A DNA stretch of 32,000 bases from Candidatus Jordarchaeales archaeon (GCA_038858525.1 JAWCFL010000012.1:1-32000), one strand, 5' to 3'; positions 19,504 through 28,737 are shown, counted from the stretch's first letter. Program-made: numbers and translations. The notes: generated by a model not told the origin, from the sequence alone.

Positions 19504-22134
19504 ATGAGTACCATTGAGGCTTTGAGGATTGCTGATTTTTCCGTTCTTGGATGCTCAATAGGCGAGGAAAACTTTGGCTTCTCGGTGGGCCCCATGGGTC
19601 TCAGCAAGCGTGACGCCGAGAAACTTGCATCTGAGGTCGCAGAAGCGATACACATGCTTAACAACTTGCTTTTGGAGGAAAGCGGGGTTAAACTAGACTA
19701 CGCGGAGTTCGAACTGGTTAGCAAGGAAAAAGGCAACCTCCCCGAAGCAATGATTTTTGCTACAGGTGGAGGAGGAGAGGAAACCAACTTCATAGTGCTA
19801 TTGGAGCATGAAAAGGGGTTGGTTGACGTCTTTAAAATTATAGGAGTTGCCAATGACGTCATAAGTAAATTGAGAGACGTCGCGTTTGCGTGTAGAGCTT
19901 CAGGACTGAAAAAGGAAGAAGAAAAAGAGGTGCTGCGGAGGTTTGTGGAGCGATTCACGAGAAAGATATACGGTGAGGCCTCACAAAAAAAGTATAGGGA
20001 AAGGTATGCTAGAGACCTCTTGACACATTTAAAGATAACGAGCGGCTTGAGCGTTGAGGGACGTATTGAAGTCGATTATGGGGTTAAGCCGCCGAGGCTT
20101 AACTCGCGGATAGATAGAATGTCCTTTGAGGGGCACTCTGACAGCTTAGAGTACCTTAAAAGCTTGATATTCACTAAGACCGCGCTCGAGGTGCTTGCAG
20201 GCGACGTCGCACTCATCGGTAGGAAAATACTTTCCCTTATAAACGATTACACTGTGGATGCGGTTGAAGAGGATGTCGCTTTGCGTCTAGCTGAATCTTT
20301 TTGGTCTCGCGTTAAGCCTGGCTCCCTTAAAATCGAAGAAATAATGGAAGAGGCGAAGTTTTTCGTGGATGAGGCGAGGGAGGTATTTAGGAAAGTGGAA
20401 GAAGATGTTAACGCGATAATGCATTCCGGGGGGAGGCGGCCGTTAAAGCAACATTTAGATGCCGTTGAAGGTAGCGGCTTAGCCTCTTGCTTTAAAGATA
20501 CACTGGCTAAACTCCTCTCCGGGAGGGTTCTTGAGGAAGAAGTATGGGGGTGGAGCCTTAAAGATGAGCTCACGTCCTTCTTGGAGCACGCGGATAGAGG
20601 GCTGAAAACCTTCGAGAAGGCCTTATCCGCCTTCATGTTTATGGTCGCTGAGAAAGAAGCCATAAAGAGAATCCTCGAGGATTACGTCAAACAAGTGGTT
20701 GACCCAATCCGGAGGATCATGATTAAGACTTACATCGAAAAAATAGGAAAGAGGTTGGAGAGCTTCATTGAAGATAGAAGTTTGGGTGTACCTGTCAGCT
20801 GGGACATAGCCATTTTTAGAGGAAAAATTAAGGAGGACCTTGCTTCTCAACTGGAAGTGGGGGTATTATTCTCCACGGTTGAACTGTTGGAAATAACGTT
20901 TAACGGGTTTATTTCAGAGGTTCCCTCGGAGTTGCGGGTTAAAGTTGAGGAAGTTTACCGCGACATGAAGGAGCACGTCTCCGAAGTGGTGCCAGGGCTC
21001 GCGGACTACCTTCTCAGCCACGACGTTTTTAAGGCCTTTTTAGAGCAAAGCCAGGTGGTTGTTTCCCCTGAAGAGTTCTCCCGAAAATATTTTGATTTCG
21101 TCTCGAGGGACATCGAGGAGCTTCCGAAGTGGAAGAGTCTAGCTAAAACGTGGCTTGAAGCGTTCGCCTCAAGCTCTAAGAGCGTAACTAGCGCATATAG
21201 GCTTGTCGCCGACTTCGTCGAGTTTGTGAATAAGCTTAGGGACGAGGAGACTTCTACTGAGAAACCCAAGGAACTACTTGAAGCAAGAGTTAAGGTGCAG
21301 CAGGAAAAGGTGGACGTATTAGCGAAGAAGCTCTCAGAACTCAGCAATAAGAGGACGAGCATCGAGAAGCAAATAGACGTGTTGCAATCCCAGCTGAGCT
21401 CGGCTAGTCTCGTAGAGAAAAACCTGAAGATGGATTACGGCATCAACATTGCGACACTCAAAGAGCTAAGAGAAACCTTAGAAGCCAAGAAAAGAGAGAT
21501 GAACGAGATCGAGCAGAAACTGTCATCAGTAAGGGGCGCCGAAGCAGACGCCGCTCTGCAAAGGAAAAGCAGGTTAGAGGAAGAAATAAGAGAGATTACT
21601 GCTAAAACGCAGAAGCTGGTTTACGAGGTTGAACGGATAGATAGAGAGTTAAGCGAAACAATAAGTACTAAGGAGAGGTTCATGAACGCGTTAAAGCAGC
21701 TTCACGCGGACCTTGAAGAAGTAGCAAACCAGATATCGGCTACAAATGCCGAGATAGAGCGGGAAGAGGCGGTTAAAGGTATCTACGTGAAGTTCCTAGA
21801 AAGGTACTCTCACACCTTAGAGGAGTTGCTGTTCATTTCTCACATGTTAAAAGCTGAGGTTCTCGCCTTTGCACGGGATAAAATATCGACACTCACTCCG
21901 TCGATTGTTATGGAGGAAAGCAACCTTAACGAGTTTAAGGAATACGTCAGACGGATCTTTCTTAAGTCCTTTAGCTACGTACTCTTGAGGCCACTAAGGG
22001 TTCTACTTTCAAGCTACGAGAAAACTAACCTTAACTACATTGCCATGTATAGCTACCCGAGTGATGAAGCCTTCAGGATGACTATAGGAAACAATTTTCT
22101 TAGTCTTGGAGAAGAGGGAGGAAAGGAGGGTTAA
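19504..22134 (+). CDS. Hypothetical 876-aa protein: putative longin-like N-terminal domain, helical core, long coiled coil
   Basis: Long ORF; GAGGT SD before the ATG at 19504; heptad-rich E/K/L segment at about 21270-21800; no catalytic motif recognised. Confidence 0.75.
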   Translation: MSTIEALRIADFSVLGCSIGEENFGFSVGPMGLSKRDAEKLASEVAEAIHMLNNLLLEESGVKLDYAEFELVSKEKGNLPEAMIFATGGGGEETNFIVLLEHEKGLVDVFKIIGVANDVISKLRDVAFACRASGLKKEEEKEVLRRFVERFTRKIYGEASQKKYRERYARDLLTHLKITSGLSVEGRIEVDYGVKPPRLNSRIDRMSFEGHSDSLEYLKSLIFTKTALEVLAGDVALIGRKILSLINDYTVDAVEEDVALRLAESFWSRVKPGSLKIEEIMEEAKFFVDEAREVFRKVEEDVNAIMHSGGRRPLKQHLDAVEGSGLASCFKDTLAKLLSGRVLEEEVWGWSLKDELTSFLEHADRGLKTFEKALSAFMFMVAEKEAIKRILEDYVKQVVDPIRRIMIKTYIEKIGKRLESFIEDRSLGVPVSWDIAIFRGKIKEDLASQLEVGVLFSTVELLEITFNGFISEVPSELRVKVEEVYRDMKEHVSEVVPGLADYLLSHDVFKAFLEQSQVVVSPEEFSRKYFDFVSRDIEELPKWKSLAKTWLEAFASSSKSVTSAYRLVADFVEFVNKLRDEETSTEKPKELLEARVKVQQEKVDVLAKKLSELSNKRTSIEKQIDVLQSQLSSASLVEKNLKMDYGINIATLKELRETLEAKKREMNEIEQKLSSVRGAEADAALQRKSRLEEEIREITAKTQKLVYEVERIDRELSETISTKERFMNALKQLHADLEEVANQISATNAEIEREEAVKGIYVKFLERYSHTLEELLFISHMLKAEVLAFARDKISTLTPSIVMEESNLNEFKEYVRRIFLKSFSYVLLRPLRVLLSSYEKTNLNYIAMYSYPSDEAFRMTIGNNFLSLGEEGGKEG

Positions 22135-22137
22135 ATT

Positions 22138-24504
22138 TTGGGGGTTTCAACGCACAGGGACGTATTAAGAGAGGTTGCGCCCGGCTTCGCTGTTAGGCAG
22201 GCTTTAAGTAGCTTCTTAGCCTCAAGATCCAATTGGCCTCAACTTACGGGGATCGTGGGGGAGCAGGCGACTTTACAGGAGTTTGTTAAAGCTGCAATGG
22301 CCATCTACGTTCATGGCTACATTGGAGTGCGTACTATACCGCCAACATCTAAGGAGGCAGCCTCTGAAACAGCTGCTGAAAAAGAGCTTAAAGACATATT
22401 CGGTGAGGTTTCCGAGTTACTGAAAGATGACTTCCGGATGGAGATAGAGGTTCTAGAAAAGAAGGTGGATGTTGAGCTGTCAACTCTGAAAGCCAAGCTC
22501 TCCAAGAAAGAGGAAGAAGTAGAGAAGACCATAACCCGGCATCTGGCAGAGCTGTCCACCAGCCCCTCTCGAACTCATTTAATAGATTTCCTAGGTGATT
22601 TGCTGGGCATTTCATATAAATTCAGGTCGGAGTTTATAAAAATGACATATGGGCTGAAGCCGTTATCTATTGAGCTTGAAGAGGAGGTCAGAAAACCTCA
22701 TGAGGAGGAGTGCGTGGAGATTTCGACGCATCTCAGAGTCAAAAAGGAACTTGGGTTAGTGGAGGGCGGAGAATTAAACATTAAAGATTTGAAGCAGCTG
22801 TCAAAGAACATAGCTTCGCAAGCTCTTAGCCATGCACCGAAGGATGAAGGAGACTTAAAGCTTTACGCTGAAGCATATGAAGTAAAGCTTCAACTCGTGA
22901 AAACGCTCAGAGAATACTCGTCTAAGAAGGCGAGTTTAAGCGAGTTTTTCAACAAAATACTTGAAAAAGTTCTCTCTTACCTGAAGAGCAAGGCGCATGA
23001 CGATACGCTTCTCCGTAGAGCTTTCTCGTCTCTCGTCGGGCATCATGTAGGAGAAGAACCCGAAGTCAACTTCGAAGCGCTCAAAATGACGCTTTCAGGT
23101 GGTGGGGCATACAGTAAAATTATGGGTAAACTTGGCGAGCTCGGAATAGATAAGAGAGACCTTGCGTTTCTCCTAGAGAGGTGCAGGAGGCTTGAAAGGC
23201 TCAGGGATACGCTAATACGGGAGGTCATTCCACGGCTTAGAGGTAGAGGATATGCTGTTCACGGCGTTAACCTAGAAATATTCACGCTTCCACCAGACAA
23301 GCTAAGCGGCCTAGATGAAGCAGTAATGAGAGAAATTAAAAAGTACATGTCGATCCCGCCACCCGACGAATTTAAACAACTACTAGAAGACGAGGCAAGG
23401 CTCCGGAGGATACTTGAAGCGACGGGTTTCTCTGAAATCAGCATTCTAAGGGCAACTGTGGAAGCTGAAATGGTTCTTGAAGAGATGGTCAAGCAGATTA
23501 TGAGTAAACTTTTCTTCGAATGCATGGGCCATGCTTCGCGCGTAGTGGAGCTTTATAACAGAGCTAAAAAAGACGGTGAACGATTTAAAATGCTCTTCAA
23601 GGTGATAAACGATGAAGAGGACGAAAACATCAGGTGTGTAAAGGAGGAGTTGCTCATTGAGCTACTCCTGCAAAGGCAGAAGGAAATGTGCGAGGTGTTC
23701 CCCAAACTGAATGCCGAGAAGATCTGCGGTTTCATCTGGGCCCGCCAGACAAACCGAACCCTAAATGAGGCCTTGGAGGAGATTAAGGGCACTCCAAGCC
23801 CACTTTTCTTAGGGGTTGCCGGGGCAAAGCTGAACCTCGGCTCCATGCCTCCCGTGAGCTACTCGGCGGCCTATGACCTTTCACAGAGATACTTGGAGTT
23901 TAACAGAATGCAACTGGAAGTTGTTCAGGAGGCAAGGGAAAAGGAGGCTGAAGCCAAAGAGATTGCTAAGAGAGAGATATACGAGCGAATCGACCCGACA
24001 GGCTTGCTTGAAAGAAAGATTACCATAGCGTTAAGAGCGCCGACTGGAATTGAGAAAGCTGAGCTCGAGTGGAGTGAGAAAGACACGAGGAAGCTGGAGG
24101 CCATGAGTAAAATATTCATAGGTTCCGAGATCGGAAAAACCGTTTGCCCATACTGCGCCCGAGTAGTTAAAGGTAATTCGTGCCCTGAGCATGGTTACGT
24201 TGAACCAATAACAGAAGGACCATTGGAGGCGTTAGCTAAGTTTTACTTCCTTTCCCTCAAAATCATAGAGGAGCTGACGGAGCGAAAGAGCAGGGAGCTG
24301 GGTAAGAAGATTGAATTTAGAGACGCGCTTAGAGTTGTGAGGTCCATTTTTTCGGAGTTGAGAGTGAGAGGAAAAATTTCACCTAAGAGCACGGAGAAAA
24401 ACGTGATGGAAGGCGACATGGACAGATACTTAATCCCCGCAGTTGCGAAGGAAATAGCGGAGGCTTACATGAAGGCGATAGGGCAAATCAGGAAGCTTAA
24501 GTGA
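22138..24504 (+). CDS. Hypothetical 788-aa helical protein with a C-terminal CxxC-x8-CxxH putative Zn finger
   Basis: Long ORF; GGAGG SD before the TTG; 3-nt gap to the upstream gene; CPYCARVVKGNSCPEH. Confidence 0.75.
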   Translation: MGVSTHRDVLREVAPGFAVRQALSSFLASRSNWPQLTGIVGEQATLQEFVKAAMAIYVHGYIGVRTIPPTSKEAASETAAEKELKDIFGEVSELLKDDFRMEIEVLEKKVDVELSTLKAKLSKKEEEVEKTITRHLAELSTSPSRTHLIDFLGDLLGISYKFRSEFIKMTYGLKPLSIELEEEVRKPHEEECVEISTHLRVKKELGLVEGGELNIKDLKQLSKNIASQALSHAPKDEGDLKLYAEAYEVKLQLVKTLREYSSKKASLSEFFNKILEKVLSYLKSKAHDDTLLRRAFSSLVGHHVGEEPEVNFEALKMTLSGGGAYSKIMGKLGELGIDKRDLAFLLERCRRLERLRDTLIREVIPRLRGRGYAVHGVNLEIFTLPPDKLSGLDEAVMREIKKYMSIPPPDEFKQLLEDEARLRRILEATGFSEISILRATVEAEMVLEEMVKQIMSKLFFECMGHASRVVELYNRAKKDGERFKMLFKVINDEEDENIRCVKEELLIELLLQRQKEMCEVFPKLNAEKICGFIWARQTNRTLNEALEEIKGTPSPLFLGVAGAKLNLGSMPPVSYSAAYDLSQRYLEFNRMQLEVVQEAREKEAEAKEIAKREIYERIDPTGLLERKITIALRAPTGIEKAELEWSEKDTRKLEAMSKIFIGSEIGKTVCPYCARVVKGNSCPEHGYVEPITEGPLEALAKFYFLSLKIIEELTERKSRELGKKIEFRDALRVVRSIFSELRVRGKISPKSTEKNVMEGDMDRYLIPAVAKEIAEAYMKAIGQIRKLK

Positions 24505-24524
24505 TGAGTTTTGGAGGCTGATCC

Positions 24525-25721
24525 TTGAAGGAAAAATTGTTTGAAGAGTTAGGTGAGCTTCTTCTCGGTGGCGACGAAGGGAAGGCTCTGGAGATCCTGA
24601 AAAAATTGATGGAAGATGAGGATCCGGAGGTTAAAGTGGCGTCGCTAGCAGTGGTCGACGCGGCAATGGGACGGTTCCATAAAATTGTAGAAGAAGTGTT
24701 TCCACTAGTCTTGAGAATGGCACTCAGCGACTCACACGTCTACGTGAGAGGAAACGCCTTAGAAGTAGTCGGGAAGGCGACACACCAAATGCCTGAAACT
24801 GTTGGGAAGCACTTGCCAGAAGTCGTTTCAAACATTAAGTCTCAGAGCAGTGATCTAGCGTGGAATGCCGTTGTGGCGTTAGGATGGATTGGAGGGAGCA
24901 ACCCTAAGCTTGTAGCACCATTCATGGATCAAATAGGGAGCAACTTAAAGTCTGGGTCCGAAATTGCTAGGAGCGCTTCCGCCATGGCGATAGGTTGGAT
25001 TGGTGGTGTAAGCCCGGAGCTAGTAAGAAAATACATTCCGCAGCTAGTTGAAGTCGCCGAGTCGCGTGATCTTGAAGAAGTAAGGCTCAGCGCCATAGAC
25101 GCACTGGCGTCCATCTCCCATGCCAATGCCACCTTGGTCGAAGGCTTCCTTGAAGATATAGCGTTGATCGCTCTTAGAGACGAGAACGAGAACGTAAGGG
25201 GAAGCGCCCTAGAGACAATAATAGAGATTTGCAAGCTTGCCCCTGAGAAGGCAAAGGACTTAACAGCAATCGCACTAAAAAGCGCATCAGACGAAAAGGA
25301 AACTATCAATTGGAGAATTGTTGTTACGCTAGGCTTTGTAGGAGCTGGAAGCCCTAATACGATACCTTACATGATAGCTGAGCTGGCGAAGTGGCTGAAA
25401 GAGGCGAAAAGCAGAGTTAAAGCAACAGCCACGCTAACTATAGGGTGGATTCTGGGAAATAACCCTGAAGCCTCTGCACGTGAAGCTGAGAAAGTTATTG
25501 AAGCAGTAGCGGGGCTTTTAAGGGATACGAAGCCTGAGGTTAGGAGAAGCGCCGTGGAGGCAATAGGGTGGATGAGCTCAAACAACCCTCATCTGCTAAA
25601 GAAGTACGCGCCTGTAGTAGCCGGTGTGGCGGCCAATGACGAAGATGAGGGAGTTAGAGTAAAAGCGGAGGAGATAATGGATTTCATGAGAGAAAGGATA
25701 AAAACGATGCACTTAGAATAA
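24525..25721 (+). CDS. HEAT-repeat protein (about 10 repeats)
   Basis: Repeated D/E-x-x-V-R-x-x-A-x-x-A-L/I-G units spaced about 38-41 aa apart; GGAGG SD before the TTG. Confidence 0.88.
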   Translation: MKEKLFEELGELLLGGDEGKALEILKKLMEDEDPEVKVASLAVVDAAMGRFHKIVEEVFPLVLRMALSDSHVYVRGNALEVVGKATHQMPETVGKHLPEVVSNIKSQSSDLAWNAVVALGWIGGSNPKLVAPFMDQIGSNLKSGSEIARSASAMAIGWIGGVSPELVRKYIPQLVEVAESRDLEEVRLSAIDALASISHANATLVEGFLEDIALIALRDENENVRGSALETIIEICKLAPEKAKDLTAIALKSASDEKETINWRIVVTLGFVGAGSPNTIPYMIAELAKWLKEAKSRVKATATLTIGWILGNNPEASAREAEKVIEAVAGLLRDTKPEVRRSAVEAIGWMSSNNPHLLKKYAPVVAGVAANDEDEGVRVKAEEIMDFMRERIKTMHLE

Positions 25722-25789
25722 ACAATTAAAAGGAATGCTGTTTTCGTTCTCTTTGGTGGTTGAATTTGTCGGGAGAAAGGCAGCGCGCT

Positions 25790-26110
25790 ATGAGGCATAC
25801 GAGGCAAAGGTGTGAGGTATGTGGCGGCCCCGTGTTCTTCGACGCCTCCCAAAGAGTGCGTGTCTGTAGCTCGTGTGGACTTGTTCAAAGCGGTAGAGGT
25901 AAATCCGACTTCTCCCTTAGGGACGTGATGAGCGAGCTTCAATTCACGAACACGCTCGAGGAATTAGCAGCGCGGCTTAACGCAAGTGACTGGGAAGTTG
26001 AGCGTGCGGTACTGTTAATGCAAAAAGAAGGACTTGTCGAAATTAGAGGTAACAGAGTTATCTTAACGGCCAAAGGACGCAGAGCCCTCCTTAGGGACTT
26101 GTCAGACTGA
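25790..26110 (+). CDS. Small protein: TFIIB-type Zn ribbon plus winged helix-turn-helix
   Basis: CEVCGGPVFFDASQRVRVCSSCGLV, then LEELAARLNASDWEVERAVLLMQKEGLVEIRGNRVILTAKG. Probable ATG at 25790. Confidence 0.7.
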   Translation: MRHTRQRCEVCGGPVFFDASQRVRVCSSCGLVQSGRGKSDFSLRDVMSELQFTNTLEELAARLNASDWEVERAVLLMQKEGLVEIRGNRVILTAKGRRALLRDLSD

Positions 26111-26211
26111 AGAACAGAACATTAAAAGCTTAATTTGGGGGTTAATAAGGACGCCGCCCCCTCTTCAAGTCAACAGGCTTAAAAAGGAATATGGCGGTTA
26201 AGTGACGGAGG

Positions 26212-27348
26212 CTACTTTTGTATGAGAGCTTCTTCTTTGAGGGGGAATTTTAGGTCCGAGAGAGCTTGCCTAATCGCTTTTAATGTGATGTTGATCTCGC
26301 GTTCAGTGACGCGCCCCATGTGTCCTATTCTGAAGATTTCCCCTGTAAGTTTGTCTTGTCCACCCGATATTACGACCCCGTGCTCCCTCACTTTTTGGCG
26401 AAATTCCTGGTCCTTTACTCCTTCCGGTATTTTGACAGCCGTAACAGTAACTGAGCATATTTCTTCTCTTACTGGGAAGAGCTTAAGACCCATGTCCTTT
26501 ATTCCGTCTCTCGCAAGTTTAGCTACGTGGTGATGCCTAGCTATGACGTTGTCTAGTCCTTCATCGAACATGAGGTTGAGTGCGTCCTCCAAGGCGTAGA
26601 GGAGGGTTATGGCGATCGTGTATGGAGTTTGTGGTGGCGTCTTCTCCAGGCTTTTCTTGTAGTTGACTAGGTCGAAGTAGAACGCTTTCCTCTTTGTTTT
26701 CTTGATGACTTCCCAGGCTTCATCTGAAACTGATATGAAGGAGAAACCTGGGGGGATAGCGAGGCACTTTTGGCTTCCAGCCAGGCATAGGTCTATTTTC
26801 CAATCATCAACGGGGACGTAGTCGCCTCCCATGCTCGAAATCGCGTCCACAATTAGGAGGGCGCCATGGCTCTTAACTATCTTTGAAATTTCCTCAACGG
26901 GATTTCTGACTCCTGTGGACGTTTCATTATGAGTTACCGTGACGGCTTTAACGTCGCCGTTTTCGTCCAAGGCGGCTTTAACTCTTTCCGGGTCTATCGC
27001 GTCGCCCCACTCCGACGAGACCTCTATAACCTGCGCACCAAAGACTTCCGCTATTTTCTTAAACCTCTCACTGAATTTTCCACATGTTGTACAGAGAACC
27101 TTGTCTCCCGGCTCCACTATGTTCGCGATGGCAGCCTCCATAGCTCCCGTGCCTGACGCCGTAAGTATGAAGAGATCGTTCTCTGTCCTGAAAACTTCCT
27201 TTAGCCTCTCAATGCAGCGGGTTAGAAGCGCACCTGTTTCTTTACCTCTATGGGATATCATCTGCCTGCTCATCGCTTTAAGCGTCGACTCCGCTATGAA
27301 AGTTGGGCCCGGAATCATCAAGAGTTCCTCTTTAACCAAAGGTAACAC
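26212..27348 (-). CDS. Class V PLP aminotransferase (alanine--glyoxylate/serine--pyruvate type)
   Basis: LMIPGPT, ASGTGAMEAA, THNETSTG, VDAISS, GSQKCLAIPPG and FRIGHMG. Confidence 0.93.
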   Translation of the reverse strand: MLPLVKEELLMIPGPTFIAESTLKAMSRQMISHRGKETGALLTRCIERLKEVFRTENDLFILTASGTGAMEAAIANIVEPGDKVLCTTCGKFSERFKKIAEVFGAQVIEVSSEWGDAIDPERVKAALDENGDVKAVTVTHNETSTGVRNPVEEISKIVKSHGALLIVDAISSMGGDYVPVDDWKIDLCLAGSQKCLAIPPGFSFISVSDEAWEVIKKTKRKAFYFDLVNYKKSLEKTPPQTPYTIAITLLYALEDALNLMFDEGLDNVIARHHHVAKLARDGIKDMGLKLFPVREEICSVTVTAVKIPEGVKDQEFRQKVREHGVVISGGQDKLTGEIFRIGHMGRVTEREINITLKAIRQALSDLKFPLKEEALIQK

Positions 27349-27464
27349 CCCACGGTTAAAGCACAGTGCTCAGCAAGAGCTAATAAAAATTACCTTTGCG
27401 TTTCGACCGTGAAGGTTAAAAGGGGATTATGGTTAACTGTGTCAAAACGAGCGAAGGGAGACGT

Positions 27465-27641
27465 ATGTCAGAGGTAAAGTTGCCCTTGTGTAGTAGTTGT
27501 TCTAAGCCAATTCACCCTGATAGAGGAGGCGTCAAGTTCCCCTGCCCCAACTGCGGCAAGGTAGTCATCTGGCGCTGCTACAGGTGCAGACAGCTGGGGA
27601 ACCCATACAAGTGCCCTATCTGCAATTTTGAAGGACCATAA
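27465..27641 (+). CDS. Small Zn-finger protein (DUF1610/HVO_2753-like)
   Basis: CSSC..FPCPNCG..IWRCYRCRQLGNPYKCPICNFEGP; conserved position directly upstream of EF-1beta in archaea. Confidence 0.9.
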   Translation: MSEVKLPLCSSCSKPIHPDRGGVKFPCPNCGKVVIWRCYRCRQLGNPYKCPICNFEGP

Positions 27642-27656
27642 AAGGAGGATGGTGAT

Positions 27657-27923
27657 GTGGGAAAAGTCGTGATGACAGTGAAGGTTTTCCCCACATCGAC
27701 GGAGGTCCCCCTAGACCGGCTGCTGGAGAAGATCAAGGCTTCTCTGCCGGACGGAGCCGAGCTACATAGCTCGGAGAAGGTTCCGATAGCCTTCGGACTG
27801 AACGCCCTAAGAGTTAATGTTCTGGTTCCAGAAGAAGAAAAGGCAGCCACTCAGGTTGAAAAAGCCATAACGAGCATAGAAGACGTGAGTGAAATAGAAG
27901 TAGAAATGGTCAGAAGAACCTGA
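27657..27923 (+). CDS. ef1b: Translation elongation factor 1-beta
   Basis: MGKVVMTVKVFP, PIAFGLNAL and IEDVSEIEV. Confidence 0.95.
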   Translation: MGKVVMTVKVFPTSTEVPLDRLLEKIKASLPDGAELHSSEKVPIAFGLNALRVNVLVPEEEKAATQVEKAITSIEDVSEIEVEMVRRT

Positions 27924-28001
27924 ACATGGTTAGAGGTAGCTGGCTCTTAACCGTATAGTTTAAAAGCAGGACTTCATCAATGAAACCTTGAACTGGAATA
28001 A

Positions 28002-28547
28002 TTGAAGGTGGTTGAGGTGTCTCTTGGTCCTATTCCTTGGCAGCTGGCTAACGTTCAGGGACCCAGAACGGCAAAGGTCATAAACAATGCGAAGGTTGTG
28101 GCGGCACGCATAAAGAGGAAAAAGAACCCCATTCTGATTGTAGGCCCAAATATCACCAGAGAAGTTGAGGGCAAAAAGCTTATCGATTACGCTATCGAAA
28201 TGGGGAAAGCTGGAATAACTATAGTCACGACAGCACATGTGGTTAAAGAATTCATAAAAGCCGGATTTAACAATGTGGTTTCTATGGGGCTTTCTGACAT
28301 ATCAAACCGTCTGAGAGACCCGAACTGGAAGGGATTCAAGGGCGAGGGGAAACCTGAGCTGGCGCTCTACCTTGGCGGATTATACTACACGCAAAGCCAG
28401 TCTCTCTCAGCTTTAAAGCACTTCTCGGACGTTGAAACTATAAGTTTAGACAGGGAGTATCATCCAAACGCCGACTGGAGTTTCCCAAACCTGAACCCGA
28501 AGGAATGGAAAGAAACGATGGATGAGCTCGTCGGCCTTCTTAAGTAG
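28002..28547 (+). CDS. cdhB: CO dehydrogenase/acetyl-CoA synthase epsilon subunit family
   Basis: PWQLANVQGP, KNPILIVG, YYTQSQSLSALKHF and TISLDREYHPNADWSFPNL. Confidence 0.85.
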   Translation: MKVVEVSLGPIPWQLANVQGPRTAKVINNAKVVAARIKRKKNPILIVGPNITREVEGKKLIDYAIEMGKAGITIVTTAHVVKEFIKAGFNNVVSMGLSDISNRLRDPNWKGFKGEGKPELALYLGGLYYTQSQSLSALKHFSDVETISLDREYHPNADWSFPNLNPKEWKETMDELVGLLK

Positions 28548-28737
28548 AAAGGGAAAACGGATGATTTTAGGACCCTTGATTTTCTTCTTTCTCTTCACAT
28601 GAGAAAAGAGCTGACATAATTAAAAAGCGTCGATTTTTTCAGTCAAGTCGACTGTAACCAATCAGCCTTTAACAAAGAAAATTTTTTAAGGCTCCCCGCC
28701 TTTGTTAATCGCAAGGCTGGAGTGGAGATTTGGCCAG

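Noticed and set aside
21270-21800. SMC/Rad50 annotation for the 876-aa protein
   Set aside because: No Walker A/B, signature motif, hinge or CxxC hook; the similarity would be generic coiled coil.
27925-27953. Hairpin GGTTAGAG...CTCTTAACC after EF-1beta
   Set aside because: A single imperfect stem; could be a terminator or stabiliser, but there is no supporting evidence.
28558-28618. Possible second C/D sRNA (ATGATT...TTGA...CATGA...CTGA)
   Set aside because: C and D' boxes are degenerate, the D guide is only about 8 nt, and no complement was found in the 16S.
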